Assembly: GCA_934149305.1 (NCBI GenBank)
Contig: CAKPEF010000001.1
Span: 36,748 to 100,747, forward strand
DNA: 64,000 nucleotides
Direction: 5' to 3'
From: an uncultured Clostridia bacterium
GTDB lineage: Bacteria > Bacillota > Clostridia > TANB77 > UBA1234
The notes under the pieces were generated by a model. It saw nothing but the letters and a program-made list of their open reading frames with translations. It did no database searches and had not been told where the DNA came from. Shown one piece after another: positions 1 to 8,744 of this stretch (the first letter of the stretch is position 1; each line of letters opens with the position of its first letter). Made by a program: the position numbers and the translations under genes.

Positions 1-145
1 CTTCAAGAAAGTGCACAGTCAAACCATAAGCAATTCTATAAATAACATAAGAGATTACTCCATATAAAACTATTCCCAATAGTAATTCCCCTGTCATTTG
101 ATTAGCTGTCAATATTTTTTTACCGTTTAATTCCTCCTCGTTCAT
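1..145 (-). CDS. 5' end of a minus-strand gene that runs off the window; N-terminus MNEEELNGKKILTANQMTGELLLGIVLYGVISYV is hydrophobic (small membrane protein?)
   Basis: Reverse ATG at 143-145 preceded by a GGGGAGG-type RBS (plus-strand cctcccc) at about 152-160; not in the ORF track because it is truncated. Confidence 0.3.
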   Translation of the reverse strand, partial: MNEEELNGKKILTANQMTGELLLGIVLYGVISYVIYRIAYGLTVHFLE

Positions 146-368
146 TTTTTCCTCCCCTCTTACATTTATTCTTTTCATTATACTACTAACAAAAAATTTT
201 TCCCATACTTTTTTCATTATTCAGTCTTTTTTTGTTCTTTATTGTAAAATTTTATTCCATTTTAATTGTTATTTTTTGGCTGTTATGATACGATTATTGT
301 AGAAGGGGTTTATTTCCAAAATGTAGTATATATTTTATTAAAAGAGTAAATATAAAAGGAGTGTAATT

Positions 369-1664
369 ATGTCAGAAAAAATACAAGAAACTAAATCAAG
401 ATTAAAGGAATTAGGGTATTTTGCATCAGAAGATTTAGCAAAAATAGTACTATTATTTGAAGCAGCAGGAAAAAGAGATAAAAAAAGTATTCCAACACTA
501 TTATTACAAGGAAAATCTGGAGCTGGAAAAACATTCTTAGCTGAGACTTTTTCTCAAATGATTGGTGCTGATGAAAAATTCGTACAATGTTTTCCTAGAA
601 TGGGAACAGAGAACTTTCAATATGATGTTAATATCGAAGGTGTAATGAAACAAGATGCAGACAGCTCAATTAAAGCTGGTATATTATTACAAGCTTTACA
701 ACAATCTCAAGAAAGTCCTGTAGTCCTTGTTATAGATGAATTAGACAAAGCAAGACCTGAAGTTGATTCATTTTTATTAGATTTTTTAGAAAATGGAAGA
801 CTAACAACTGGTACAGATACATATGAAAAAGGAAAATTCCCAATTTATACTTTTATTACATCGAATGACAAAAGAGAAATAGATGAAGCATTAATAAATA
901 GAAGTAAAAGAGTTGAAGTTCCTAGACCTAGCAAAGATTTATTTTTAGAAATATTAGGATTACCTGAAAATCACTATTTAGGTTATATTTATGATAAGTG
1001 TCCTAATTTTTCTATAAGACAAGCCAGACAATACATTGAAGATTTAGAAGTTTTAGGAACAGAAATAGATGAAGAAGCATTATCTCAATATATCAATTTA
1101 GATGAATTAGATGTAATGTCATTAGCTGATTTACAGCGAATTTCTGAAATGGAAAATGGAGATTTAGAATTTGAATTACCTGATTTAGAAAGATGTTATA
1201 TTACTATTACTTCTAATAATCAAGAGGGTTGGGTTAAGCTTTTTCAAGATGGAAATAAAGGAAATTTTAGATTATATTCAGATGATAATGAACAAGATAG
1301 AATGTATGTGGATATAGATACAATAGAACAATTACAAATGGCTAGTCAATATATGGATTTTGATGATTATTGCAATAGATATAAAGGCTGGTTTGAATAT
1401 TCATTATCAGATGAAGAAATACAAGCAGATAGTATTATATGGGCAGGAAATAAGAGTAAAAAAGATGGTACAAGATTTGGAATAAAAGTCGAGGAAGATA
1501 AAATGTTTAGAATTGCTATGAATAAAGGAAATACATTCGTTTATTTAGATTCTGCTTCTCCTAATACTTTAGAATCATTCTTAGGTCAACAAAAAGATGA
1601 AATCGAACAAGAATATGATACAGATACAAAATATGGTGATGATGGTAGAGATTATGATGATTAG
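369..1664 (+). CDS. MoxR-like AAA+ ATPase with a ~230-aa C-terminal extension ending in the acidic tail DDGRDYDD
   Basis: Walker A LLLQGKSGAGKTFLAE, Walker B VVLVIDELDKA, sensor-1 FITSND, Arg-finger-like INRSKRV. RBS AAAGGAG upstream of the ATG at 369. Confidence 0.8.
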   Translation: MSEKIQETKSRLKELGYFASEDLAKIVLLFEAAGKRDKKSIPTLLLQGKSGAGKTFLAETFSQMIGADEKFVQCFPRMGTENFQYDVNIEGVMKQDADSSIKAGILLQALQQSQESPVVLVIDELDKARPEVDSFLLDFLENGRLTTGTDTYEKGKFPIYTFITSNDKREIDEALINRSKRVEVPRPSKDLFLEILGLPENHYLGYIYDKCPNFSIRQARQYIEDLEVLGTEIDEEALSQYINLDELDVMSLADLQRISEMENGDLEFELPDLERCYITITSNNQEGWVKLFQDGNKGNFRLYSDDNEQDRMYVDIDTIEQLQMASQYMDFDDYCNRYKGWFEYSLSDEEIQADSIIWAGNKSKKDGTRFGIKVEEDKMFRIAMNKGNTFVYLDSASPNTLESFLGQQKDEIEQEYDTDTKYGDDGRDYDD

Positions 1665-1675
1665 GAGGAATAATA

Positions 1676-2875
1676 ATGGCTCTTCAATATGATATAAATA
1701 AAATATTTGCAGAACTTGAACAACAAGCCAGAAAAAAAAGCAAAAAACATGAAAAAGTTGATCCAACTAAAGAGAATGATCCTATTGAATCACCAGAAGA
1801 TGCTCCACAAACGCAAGAAGTTGCACCTGCTACATCAAAGACTACAGAAGATACACATGGCGGAGATGAAGCATCTAAAGAAATTAAAGATTCTCCAAAC
1901 TCTGTAGATGGTGGTGAAAATCCAGATAAAGAAAACAAAAGTAAGAAAACAAAAAATACTGGTGAAAACGGCAAAGGTGATGGACAAGGTGAAGATTATT
2001 TTATAACAACAGATGGCAAAAATCCTAGTAAAAGCAAACCCAAAACTACTCCAGAAGATTTACAACAAGCTGTTGAAAAATTATTTGAAGAAAAAAAGAA
2101 AAAACAAGATGATTTTAAGAGTCAAAACAGGCAAGAATATTTGAAAAAATACATATTTGAAATTATAAAGAAAATTGCAGCAAAACATGCTGGAATAGAT
2201 AAACAAGATGGTTCAGAAACCTATGATAAAAAACAGATGCTTGGGCATATATTAAAACATCAAAATTATAGATTATTAAGTGATAAATACGATTTAAGAG
2301 ATGCGAGATATGTTCAATTTTTTATTGATACATCTGGAGTTTATGGCTGCGGTTCTAACAAAATATTGCATGAACTTATGCCAGAGGTTATTAGTATGCT
2401 AGAAAGACAAGGTTATGAATGTTATATTGCAGCTTGTGGAAACGGATTTTATCAAAGAGATATGGTTGAAGATGAATATTATGGAACTAGAAAAACACTA
2501 GAAGGTTACAAAACTGGAAAAGTAAGCAAAATAGCTTGCCCTACCCCACAAACTGCAGCTAAAATGGCTAATGAAGCTGAGTTTTCTGTAATACTTGCTG
2601 ATTTTGATGGTTTATCTTCTATTTGCGAAATGGCTAATTTATGTAAAAAAGATAAAATACCATATTTCCTATGTACTGAGGATAGATACCCATGGGAAGA
2701 TCCAACATTACATGATTGGGTTGATCCCGAATTATGTGATTATAATCCTGAACTTGTATATGATGTATCAATGGATGGAAATCCAACTTTAGAACAATAT
2801 GAAGATAGACAATGCTATGATGACTATGAACAAGATGATTATGACCAAGATGATGGTAGGAATTATGATGATTAA
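1676..2875 (+). CDS. VWA-like (degenerate MIDAS) protein with a ~170-aa disordered K/E/T/P-rich N-terminal region; C-terminal tail DDGRNYDD
   Basis: FFIDTSGV (DxSxS-like beta1 motif) and ILADFDG (the TDG-like strand of VWA folds). Start is 12 nt after the ATPase stop with an AGGAGG RBS, so it is translationally coupled. Confidence 0.55.
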   Translation: MALQYDINKIFAELEQQARKKSKKHEKVDPTKENDPIESPEDAPQTQEVAPATSKTTEDTHGGDEASKEIKDSPNSVDGGENPDKENKSKKTKNTGENGKGDGQGEDYFITTDGKNPSKSKPKTTPEDLQQAVEKLFEEKKKKQDDFKSQNRQEYLKKYIFEIIKKIAAKHAGIDKQDGSETYDKKQMLGHILKHQNYRLLSDKYDLRDARYVQFFIDTSGVYGCGSNKILHELMPEVISMLERQGYECYIAACGNGFYQRDMVEDEYYGTRKTLEGYKTGKVSKIACPTPQTAAKMANEAEFSVILADFDGLSSICEMANLCKKDKIPYFLCTEDRYPWEDPTLHDWVDPELCDYNPELVYDVSMDGNPTLEQYEDRQCYDDYEQDDYDQDDGRNYDD

Positions 2876-2889
2876 CAGGAGTTAAAAGT

Positions 2890-3855
2890 ATGATAGATAA
2901 AATTTTAATAACAAAGAAATTAGAAAACTTTTTTATTAAGACTAATCCAGAAAGTTTTCTAAAAGTATTTGTAATCAGTTTTTTATTTGATAAAACTAAT
3001 TATATAGAACCTATTGTAGGTTATGAAAATGCTTTAAATATGTTAGATAAATACATATATAATTTAGAAAATAATATTAAAGCCTTTAAAAAACTAGATA
3101 AATATCATTCTATTTATGCTAAATATGATTTTAAGGCAAAAAGTCTAAAATATTATATGACTAATGATTATAAAAAATTTAAAAATACTTCTTTAAATTC
3201 TGAACAAAAGAAAGTATTTATTATTAAAGAATTTAAAATAATGATGTATAAAGAGTTTGAAACAATTACAAATATTTATACCTTTAATGGAAAAATTGTT
3301 TCTAACAGTTTTTATATTGAGGATATAAATTGTCGTTACCCTGATTATGATGGTGATTTTTCTAATATAATTGATATTTTCTCTGATGTAGAAGTATGCA
3401 ATATTCTTAAACTTAATGATAGAATAAAAACTTATATAGATGAAAACAAAAACTATTTTGTATATTCTACACATATTAGTCAAAGAAATTCAGAAGTAAT
3501 AAACTATGTTTTGTTATGGAGAAATTTTTTAAATAATAAATTATATTATTTTGCAGTAAATAATCCTAAGAAATATTCAGAGAAGTTTATTAATGAGTTT
3601 AATAAAGAATATGAATATATAATATCGAGTGGAAAATATAATTTTATATTAAAAAATAAAGATGTTTTTTCACTTATTGAAAATTATTTACTTCATATAA
3701 GAAATAGAATTGACATTGAAAATAATATACAATATCATCAAGATTTAAGTGTAATATTTAAAATGATGAATCACAAAAAACATCTAACTAAACTGTCAGA
3801 ATATTTATTACATAGTTCAGATTCTAATAATAAATTAAACTATGACAAAATTTAG
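2890..3855 (+). CDS. Hypothetical protein, 321 aa, extremely N/K/Y/I-rich; third gene of the MoxR-VWA operon (candidate effector or sensor)
   Basis: RBS ACAGGAG 8 nt upstream and a 15-nt gap from the VWA gene. No domain I can recognise. Composition is visibly more AT-rich than its neighbours. Confidence 0.5.
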   Translation: MIDKILITKKLENFFIKTNPESFLKVFVISFLFDKTNYIEPIVGYENALNMLDKYIYNLENNIKAFKKLDKYHSIYAKYDFKAKSLKYYMTNDYKKFKNTSLNSEQKKVFIIKEFKIMMYKEFETITNIYTFNGKIVSNSFYIEDINCRYPDYDGDFSNIIDIFSDVEVCNILKLNDRIKTYIDENKNYFVYSTHISQRNSEVINYVLLWRNFLNNKLYYFAVNNPKKYSEKFINEFNKEYEYIISSGKYNFILKNKDVFSLIENYLLHIRNRIDIENNIQYHQDLSVIFKMMNHKKHLTKLSEYLLHSSDSNNKLNYDKI

Positions 3856-3865
3856 GAGGTTCAAT

Positions 3866-3949
3866 ATGGAAAAAAATTTTTTGTTGAAACAGAACAATTT
3901 GATACAAATGTTGCTAATAATCTTAATACAACCAATCCTCTACAAATAA
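3866..3949 (+). CDS. 27-aa hydrophobic micro-ORF MEKNFLLKQNNLIQMLLIILIQPILYK, coupled to the preceding gene
   Basis: AGGAGG at 3854-3859 overlaps the TAG stop of the upstream gene. ATG at 3866, TAA at 3947-3949. Below the ORF-track size cutoff. Confidence 0.3.
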   Translation: MEKNFLLKQNNLIQMLLIILIQPILYK

Positions 3950-4091
3950 CAAATGATACATTGGTTAACGATTTTTTAAATAAAACCGTTTCTTTAGAAT
4001 CTTTGATTGAAAAAGAAATATATAATAACAAATTATAAAATATAATATCAACATATAGTTTAAATATTTGCAAAAATTATATAATATTTTT

Positions 4092-4120
4092 GGGTGAGTA
4101 GAATTTACTCACCCTTTTAC
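4092..4120 (+). terminator. Intrinsic terminator closing the MoxR-VWA operon
   Basis: GGGTGAGTA-GAATT-TACTCACCC perfect 9-bp stem followed by TTTTAC. Confidence 0.6.
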
Positions 4121-4123
4121 TGA

Positions 4124-4384
4124 CTAACAGTTAATCAATTCAGAATATATAATTTCTTCGACACAATGTTTATAATTATTCATAAGCCCAATCCATTTTA
4201 ACGGGTCAGTATCTTTCAAATTTTCATCAATAGGAGTATAATCAGCCTTTTTATGTTTTTTCAAATGTTCTAGTCTTAAATAACCGCATTTTCCAATATT
4301 GTAATTTTTTTCGTATTCATCCTCAGCTAAATATAAAGCAGGAATAAAATAATCTCCTTCCCTATGATAAGTTATTTCTCTCAT
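4124..4384 (-). CDS. TnpV-like (transposon-associated family) protein, apparently internally truncated to 86 aa
   Basis: N-terminal REGDYFIPALYLAEDE...IGKCGYLRLEHLKKH and C-terminal WIGLMNNYKHCVEEIIYSELI match the TnpV-family pattern (GDYLIP...IGKYGRLR..YLKEH ... W.GxMNN....EEI.LxELIY) recalled from memory. The middle ~40 aa are missing. Confidence 0.45.
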   Translation of the reverse strand: MREITYHREGDYFIPALYLAEDEYEKNYNIGKCGYLRLEHLKKHKKADYTPIDENLKDTDPLKWIGLMNNYKHCVEEIIYSELINC

Positions 4385-4386
4385 AA

Positions 4387-5172
4387 TTATAAAGATTTAT
4401 TCTCAAGAGGAATTTGTCTTCCTTCATGATTCATTTCATAATTTTGGTTATATATTATCTCTGATACTGGAACTATTTCGTATCCTAATTCTTTTATTGT
4501 TTTTATTATTTGATTTAGACCTTTTGCTGTATGTTTTGTATCATTATGCATCAAAATTATGCTTCCATTTCTTATTTTATCTTTTATTCTTTTACACATT
4601 TCATCTGGTGTTTTTCCTGTGTAATCTAATGTATCAATATCCCATTGTATTACTTTCATGTTTAAACTTTCTGCTGCTTCTATCACAGTATTATTATACT
4701 CTCCATATGGTCCTCTATATAATTTTGTGTCTTCATTTGTTATTTCTTTTATTTTTTCATTACATTTTTTCATATCTTCTATATTTGCATCATATGACAT
4801 ATTGTTAACATGTGCATGTGAATCGGAATGATTACCTATATCCATTCCGTTCTCGTGCAATAGCTTTACCTCATTTGGATATTTTTTTACGAAATCTCCT
4901 ACCATGAAAAAAGTGGCTTTTGCATCATTTTCATTTAATGTATTTACGATGTCTTGTATATCGTCTGCCCCCCAAGCACAATCAAATGTTAACGCAACCA
5001 TTTTATCCGTTCTTTCTACACTATATATAGGCAGTCTTCTTTTAGAATTTGCAGTTTCTAATACATTTTCTACTATAAAATTTCCACTTGCACACAGTAA
5101 TATTAACAAAATCATTGTTATTGCAGAAAGAATTATTCGTTTTAAATTTATAACCATTATTCTATTTTTCAA
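4387..5172 (-). CDS. Polysaccharide deacetylase (NodB/CE4 domain), membrane-anchored
   Basis: TFDCAWG, NHSDSH and ILMHND motifs with an N-terminal TM segment. TTG start at 5172 with a GGAGGTG RBS (ATG alternative at 5157). Confidence 0.75.
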   Translation of the reverse strand: MKNRIMVINLKRIILSAITMILLILLCASGNFIVENVLETANSKRRLPIYSVERTDKMVALTFDCAWGADDIQDIVNTLNENDAKATFFMVGDFVKKYPNEVKLLHENGMDIGNHSDSHAHVNNMSYDANIEDMKKCNEKIKEITNEDTKLYRGPYGEYNNTVIEAAESLNMKVIQWDIDTLDYTGKTPDEMCKRIKDKIRNGSIILMHNDTKHTAKGLNQIIKTIKELGYEIVPVSEIIYNQNYEMNHEGRQIPLENKSL

Positions 5173-5301
5173 TTATAACACCTCCATATTCTACTAATAT
5201 GAGATATTTTCTAAAAATATTTGTGTTATATTTCAATGTTTACAAAATTCACACTTTTGTATTTTGTTTCATATTCTATAATTAGAAAAGGAGGAAATTT
5301 T

Positions 5302-5673
5302 ATGTTTGATAATGAAAAATGCGAACGCCCTGATTTTGGCAATGATTGCAGATCAATCATTGAAAAATTCTTAACTATTTGCTTACCTGTAACGACTACA
5401 CCTTGTGTTAAGATTGGTAAAATTAAAACTGAATGTTGTGGTAACCCTATTGTTTCATCAAGAAAACACGATATGTGTTGTGATGAGATGAAGAATGGCT
5501 CTTGTAAATTCACAATAATTCAAAAAATGAAAATCGAAATTCCTGTAGACTTTAACGCTGATACTAAAGTAGATGACTTATTTGTTGATTGTGAATTTAA
5601 ACATGATGGTGGTCCTCACGATGATAAACCATGGGGAATACCAGATAAGTCATGTGACAAAGGTTGCTGCTAG
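5302..5673 (+). CDS. Cysteine-rich (15 Cys in 123 aa) cytoplasmic small protein of unknown function
   Basis: AAAGGAGG RBS at 5289-5296 and ATG at 5302, in frame with track ORF 5221-5673. CC and CxC pairs (ECCGNP, MCCDE, CDKGCC). No signal peptide. Confidence 0.5.
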   Translation: MFDNEKCERPDFGNDCRSIIEKFLTICLPVTTTPCVKIGKIKTECCGNPIVSSRKHDMCCDEMKNGSCKFTIIQKMKIEIPVDFNADTKVDDLFVDCEFKHDGGPHDDKPWGIPDKSCDKGCC

Positions 5674-5691
5674 TTTTTTGCACAATGCAAA

Positions 5692-5720
5692 GGCGAAGCT
5701 TACACGCTTCGCCTTTTTAT
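5692..5720. terminator. Bidirectional intrinsic terminator between convergent genes
   Basis: GGCGAAGC-TTACAC-GCTTCGCC followed by TTTTTAT; the minus-strand gene stops at 5720. Confidence 0.65.
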
Positions 5721-6265
5721 TACTCTACTATTTCTTTATTATTCATATAATTATCTAATGTATTATATCCATTCATAACACTTTCTTTTGTCATGTCTTT
5801 AAAATATTCTTCTTTTGTTGTTACCACTACATATTTTCCCTCTAGTTTCATATCTTTTACGCTTTCATATTCTTTTTCACCATTGTCATATCCTTTTTTC
5901 ATCTCTGTGTATGTTGCACCAGCTGAGCTTTCATCATCATGTGCATAATAATATATTATATCCGATACATTTTCCCCATCAAAATCATATTCTACATAGC
6001 ACAAGTTTTCAAAGTTAAATATTGCTTTATCATCTGTAGAATAAAATCCCATCTCAAAAGAACTTTCGCCTGATTCTCCAGAATCACTTTCATATTCAGG
6101 TATTGTTGCAAGTGATACTAGCTCATCTATTGATTGACTATTGTTTTGGTATTTTATTTCTCTTTCTAAATTCTCACTATTTTCTTTTTTAGCACAACCA
6201 ATTAAGCAACTAACACAAGCTACGATAACTGCCAACACAATTATTTTTCTGTTTGTTTTTTTCAT
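5720..6265 (-). CDS. Lipoprotein, hypothetical
   Basis: Signal peptide with lipobox LIGC (MKKTNRKIIVLAVIVACVSCLIGCAKK). Confidence 0.6.
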   Translation of the reverse strand: MKKTNRKIIVLAVIVACVSCLIGCAKKENSENLEREIKYQNNSQSIDELVSLATIPEYESDSGESGESSFEMGFYSTDDKAIFNFENLCYVEYDFDGENVSDIIYYYAHDDESSAGATYTEMKKGYDNGEKEYESVKDMKLEGKYVVVTTKEEYFKDMTKESVMNGYNTLDNYMNNKEIVE

Positions 6266-6385
6266 ATTTTAAGTCCTCCCATTTTATGAGCACACATAAG
6301 CTCCTTTATTTTTTTAACAAATTTTATAAATAATTTATACTATCTATATATTACTATATACTTTAAGTAAATTTAATGCAAATCT

Positions 6386-6610
6386 TTATTCAAATAAATC
6401 ATTTGCTATTTTTTCGATTTCTTCTTGTCTTTGTCTTGTTTCTTCTTTGCATATGCGTATTTCAATTATGTCTCCCTCTTCTGCTTCGCTTACTAATATT
6501 CTTGGAATATTCACGATTTCTTTGTTTTCTAATTCTACTAAAGCAAAGTCTTCTTCGAATCTATCTAGTATAACTTTCAAATTCACCTCTCCCTTTCTTG
6601 GTAGCCTCAT
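6386..6610 (-). CDS. DUF3006-like small protein
   Basis: ILDRFEEDFALVELENKEIVNIPRILVSEAEEGDIIEI pattern, typical of the ~70-aa Firmicutes DUF3006 family (from memory). Confidence 0.4.
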   Translation of the reverse strand: MRLPRKGEVNLKVILDRFEEDFALVELENKEIVNIPRILVSEAEEGDIIEIRICKEETRQRQEEIEKIANDLFE

Positions 6611-6626
6611 TGTATCATAAACATTT

Positions 6627-6665
6627 ATTTACTGTAAATAAAAATAGCAAACAAAATCCACAAAG
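6627..6665 (-). terminator. Intrinsic terminator after the sigma/anti-sigma operon
   Basis: Minus strand AAATCCGCAAGGC-loop-GCTTTGTGGATTT (with G-U pairs) followed by TGTTTGCTATTTTTATTT. Confidence 0.5.
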
Positions 6666-6692
6666 CCATCATTTGCCTTGCGGATTTCATGT

Positions 6693-8744
6693 TTAAAATT
6701 CTATTTTATCTAGTTCTTTAACTGTTTTTATGTCTAATACTTTTATTATTCCATCAGATAGTGTATATAATTTATCACCTATATATAATATTCTTTCTAC
6801 ATCGATACCATATTTTGCGCCCTCATTATTTGAAACTTTTCCTCTTAATGTTATTCCATTTTTCACGTCAATATCAAAGAAAATCGCACCAGCAAATTCT
6901 AGTTTTCCGTACTTAGGTACGCCATTTTCATATGTTCCTGCATCTTCTGTGTATAGTGAAACTGGAAATGCAAATAATCCTTCATCTTCTTTAAATAATA
7001 ATGCTTTATGGTTATATAGTAGTGATGAATAACTTCCTCTTCCACCTATTTTTACAGAGTCAAGTTCTTTTGGATTGTTATAATCCGTAACATCAAATAT
7101 TGCTAATTTTAAACCTGTTGAATATGCTGTTACTCTATCTGTTCCGTCATAATTCTTAATTATTTTCTCTACAGAATCTTCTCCAAAACCTATTAAATAG
7201 TTTTCTCCAAGTGGATGTAAATAGCTACTATAACCTGGTATTTTTAATTCTCCTAGTACTTTAGGATTTGTAGGCATACTTAAATCTAAAACAAATAGTG
7301 GATCAACTGTTTTATATGTTACCATATAACATTTGTCACCCATAAATCTTGTGCTGTATATTCTTTCACCTTTTGCTAGTCCCTCTAGTTTACCAATTAC
7401 ATTTAAGTTTTCATTTAGCACATATAAATTGTTATAAGATGTTTCATCCCATGTATTACCTTTTGTTGTTGCAATTCTAAAGTTTCCTTTATATTCATCC
7501 ATAGAAAATTGATTTAACAAACTTCCATCTACTTTGCCTTCTGCAACATATTTTACTTTTCCATCATGTATTGCAAATTTTCTTATTTTTGTCTCTTCTT
7601 TACTAGTGTTTTCAGAGTCCCACCAGTAATTATAATTTTGTTTTGTTACATATAAGTTTTCTTTTGAACAATATATTTCATTTCCTGTTCCTATATATGT
7701 TTCAATATTTGCCTTTTCATTTAATTTATCTAAGCTAAATGAAGTTATAATCATGTATGAGCATTCCTCTTCGTTTTCGATTTCTGGAAAACACTTTATG
7801 CTAGATATTGGTACTTCTTGTAATTTACCATTTGCCACGCATGTATCTTTATACAAAGGTACTATTTCATCATTTTTTATTTCGTTGTAAAGATATATAT
7901 ATTTGTTGCTTATTAAATATATATCATCATCTACTTTTCTAGAAGATTCATAACTTCCCTCTGTTTCTATTTCTCTTACTAAATCATAATTTTCTATATC
8001 ATATACTAAAATTTTTGTTGAGTTTCTACCACCTCTATAACCAATAAAACCATAATCTACCGCAAGCTTTGCAGCAGGGCTATTATATGCTATTACTTCG
8101 TCTATGTTACTTGTAGCGATTACAACTATGTATTTATCGCTTAGATATAACTCTCTTGCATAAACATAGCCATCTTCATCTTTACTAAATTCTATTTCTT
8201 TTTCTAATTTTAAATCTTCTTTATTGTTAAATACATTTAATTTATTTTTTGATAAGTAATATATATAATCTCCATTTGTCTTAACTATGTCAGACTCATC
8301 AACGCCTTGAACTTGTGTGTTTGTTTCTGAATATTTTTTAGCAGAAGCTTCAACTTCTGGTTCTTGAAAAATAGCTGTGCTACTATCTGCAACTGTTGCA
8401 GCATTCATCATATTATAATCTAGAGAAAATATTCCACCTCTATATCTTTCTTTGTATGCTTTACTACTCTTTAATTTTTTTACAAGTTCTGCTTTTGAAT
8501 CGAAAGTTATAAGTTCTTTTTCTTTTAGACTATTAAACTTCAAATCCTCTTGTACTACCTTTAATACTGTTAAATCTACATTTTCTTTATCTGGCACAAC
8601 AGTGATTGCATCAAGCCCAACAACAACTGCTACTAACACAGCACATATACATGTAACTAGTGCATAGCCTTCTCTTCTTTTCTTCATTTTGTAATCACTC
8701 GCTTTCTTTAAGATGCTTTTTACTCTCTCTTCATTACTCTTCAT
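6693..8744 (-). CDS. Membrane-anchored anti-sigma-like protein with a large extracytoplasmic beta-propeller-type domain
   Basis: N-terminal cytoplasmic segment plus a single TM helix (VTCICAVLVAVVVGL), then a ~620-aa secreted domain. Overlaps the upstream ECF sigma gene by 11 nt. The domain assignment is tentative. Confidence 0.5.
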   Translation of the reverse strand: MKSNEERVKSILKKASDYKMKKRREGYALVTCICAVLVAVVVGLDAITVVPDKENVDLTVLKVVQEDLKFNSLKEKELITFDSKAELVKKLKSSKAYKERYRGGIFSLDYNMMNAATVADSSTAIFQEPEVEASAKKYSETNTQVQGVDESDIVKTNGDYIYYLSKNKLNVFNNKEDLKLEKEIEFSKDEDGYVYARELYLSDKYIVVIATSNIDEVIAYNSPAAKLAVDYGFIGYRGGRNSTKILVYDIENYDLVREIETEGSYESSRKVDDDIYLISNKYIYLYNEIKNDEIVPLYKDTCVANGKLQEVPISSIKCFPEIENEEECSYMIITSFSLDKLNEKANIETYIGTGNEIYCSKENLYVTKQNYNYWWDSENTSKEETKIRKFAIHDGKVKYVAEGKVDGSLLNQFSMDEYKGNFRIATTKGNTWDETSYNNLYVLNENLNVIGKLEGLAKGERIYSTRFMGDKCYMVTYKTVDPLFVLDLSMPTNPKVLGELKIPGYSSYLHPLGENYLIGFGEDSVEKIIKNYDGTDRVTAYSTGLKLAIFDVTDYNNPKELDSVKIGGRGSYSSLLYNHKALLFKEDEGLFAFPVSLYTEDAGTYENGVPKYGKLEFAGAIFFDIDVKNGITLRGKVSNNEGAKYGIDVERILYIGDKLYTLSDGIIKVLDIKTVKELDKIEF

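Noticed and set aside
1581-4808. Numerous 60-120-aa ORFs antisense to or inside larger genes (for example 1581-1766, 1684-1974, 1707-1907, 3193-3483, 4497-4808, and many others throughout the track)
   Set aside because: These are shadow ORFs typical of AT-rich DNA. They are fully contained in better-supported genes, lack RBSs, and have F/L/I-rich composition.
146-5200. Prophage or integrative element call for the left end of the window
   Set aside because: Apart from the TnpV-like remnant there is no integrase, recombinase, tRNA or att-like direct repeat, so only an accessory-island inference is made.
5221-5301. Upstream start (5221) for the Cys-rich protein
   Set aside because: There is no RBS there and the N-terminal extension is hydrophobic nonsense, whereas ATG 5302 has a consensus AAAGGAGG.
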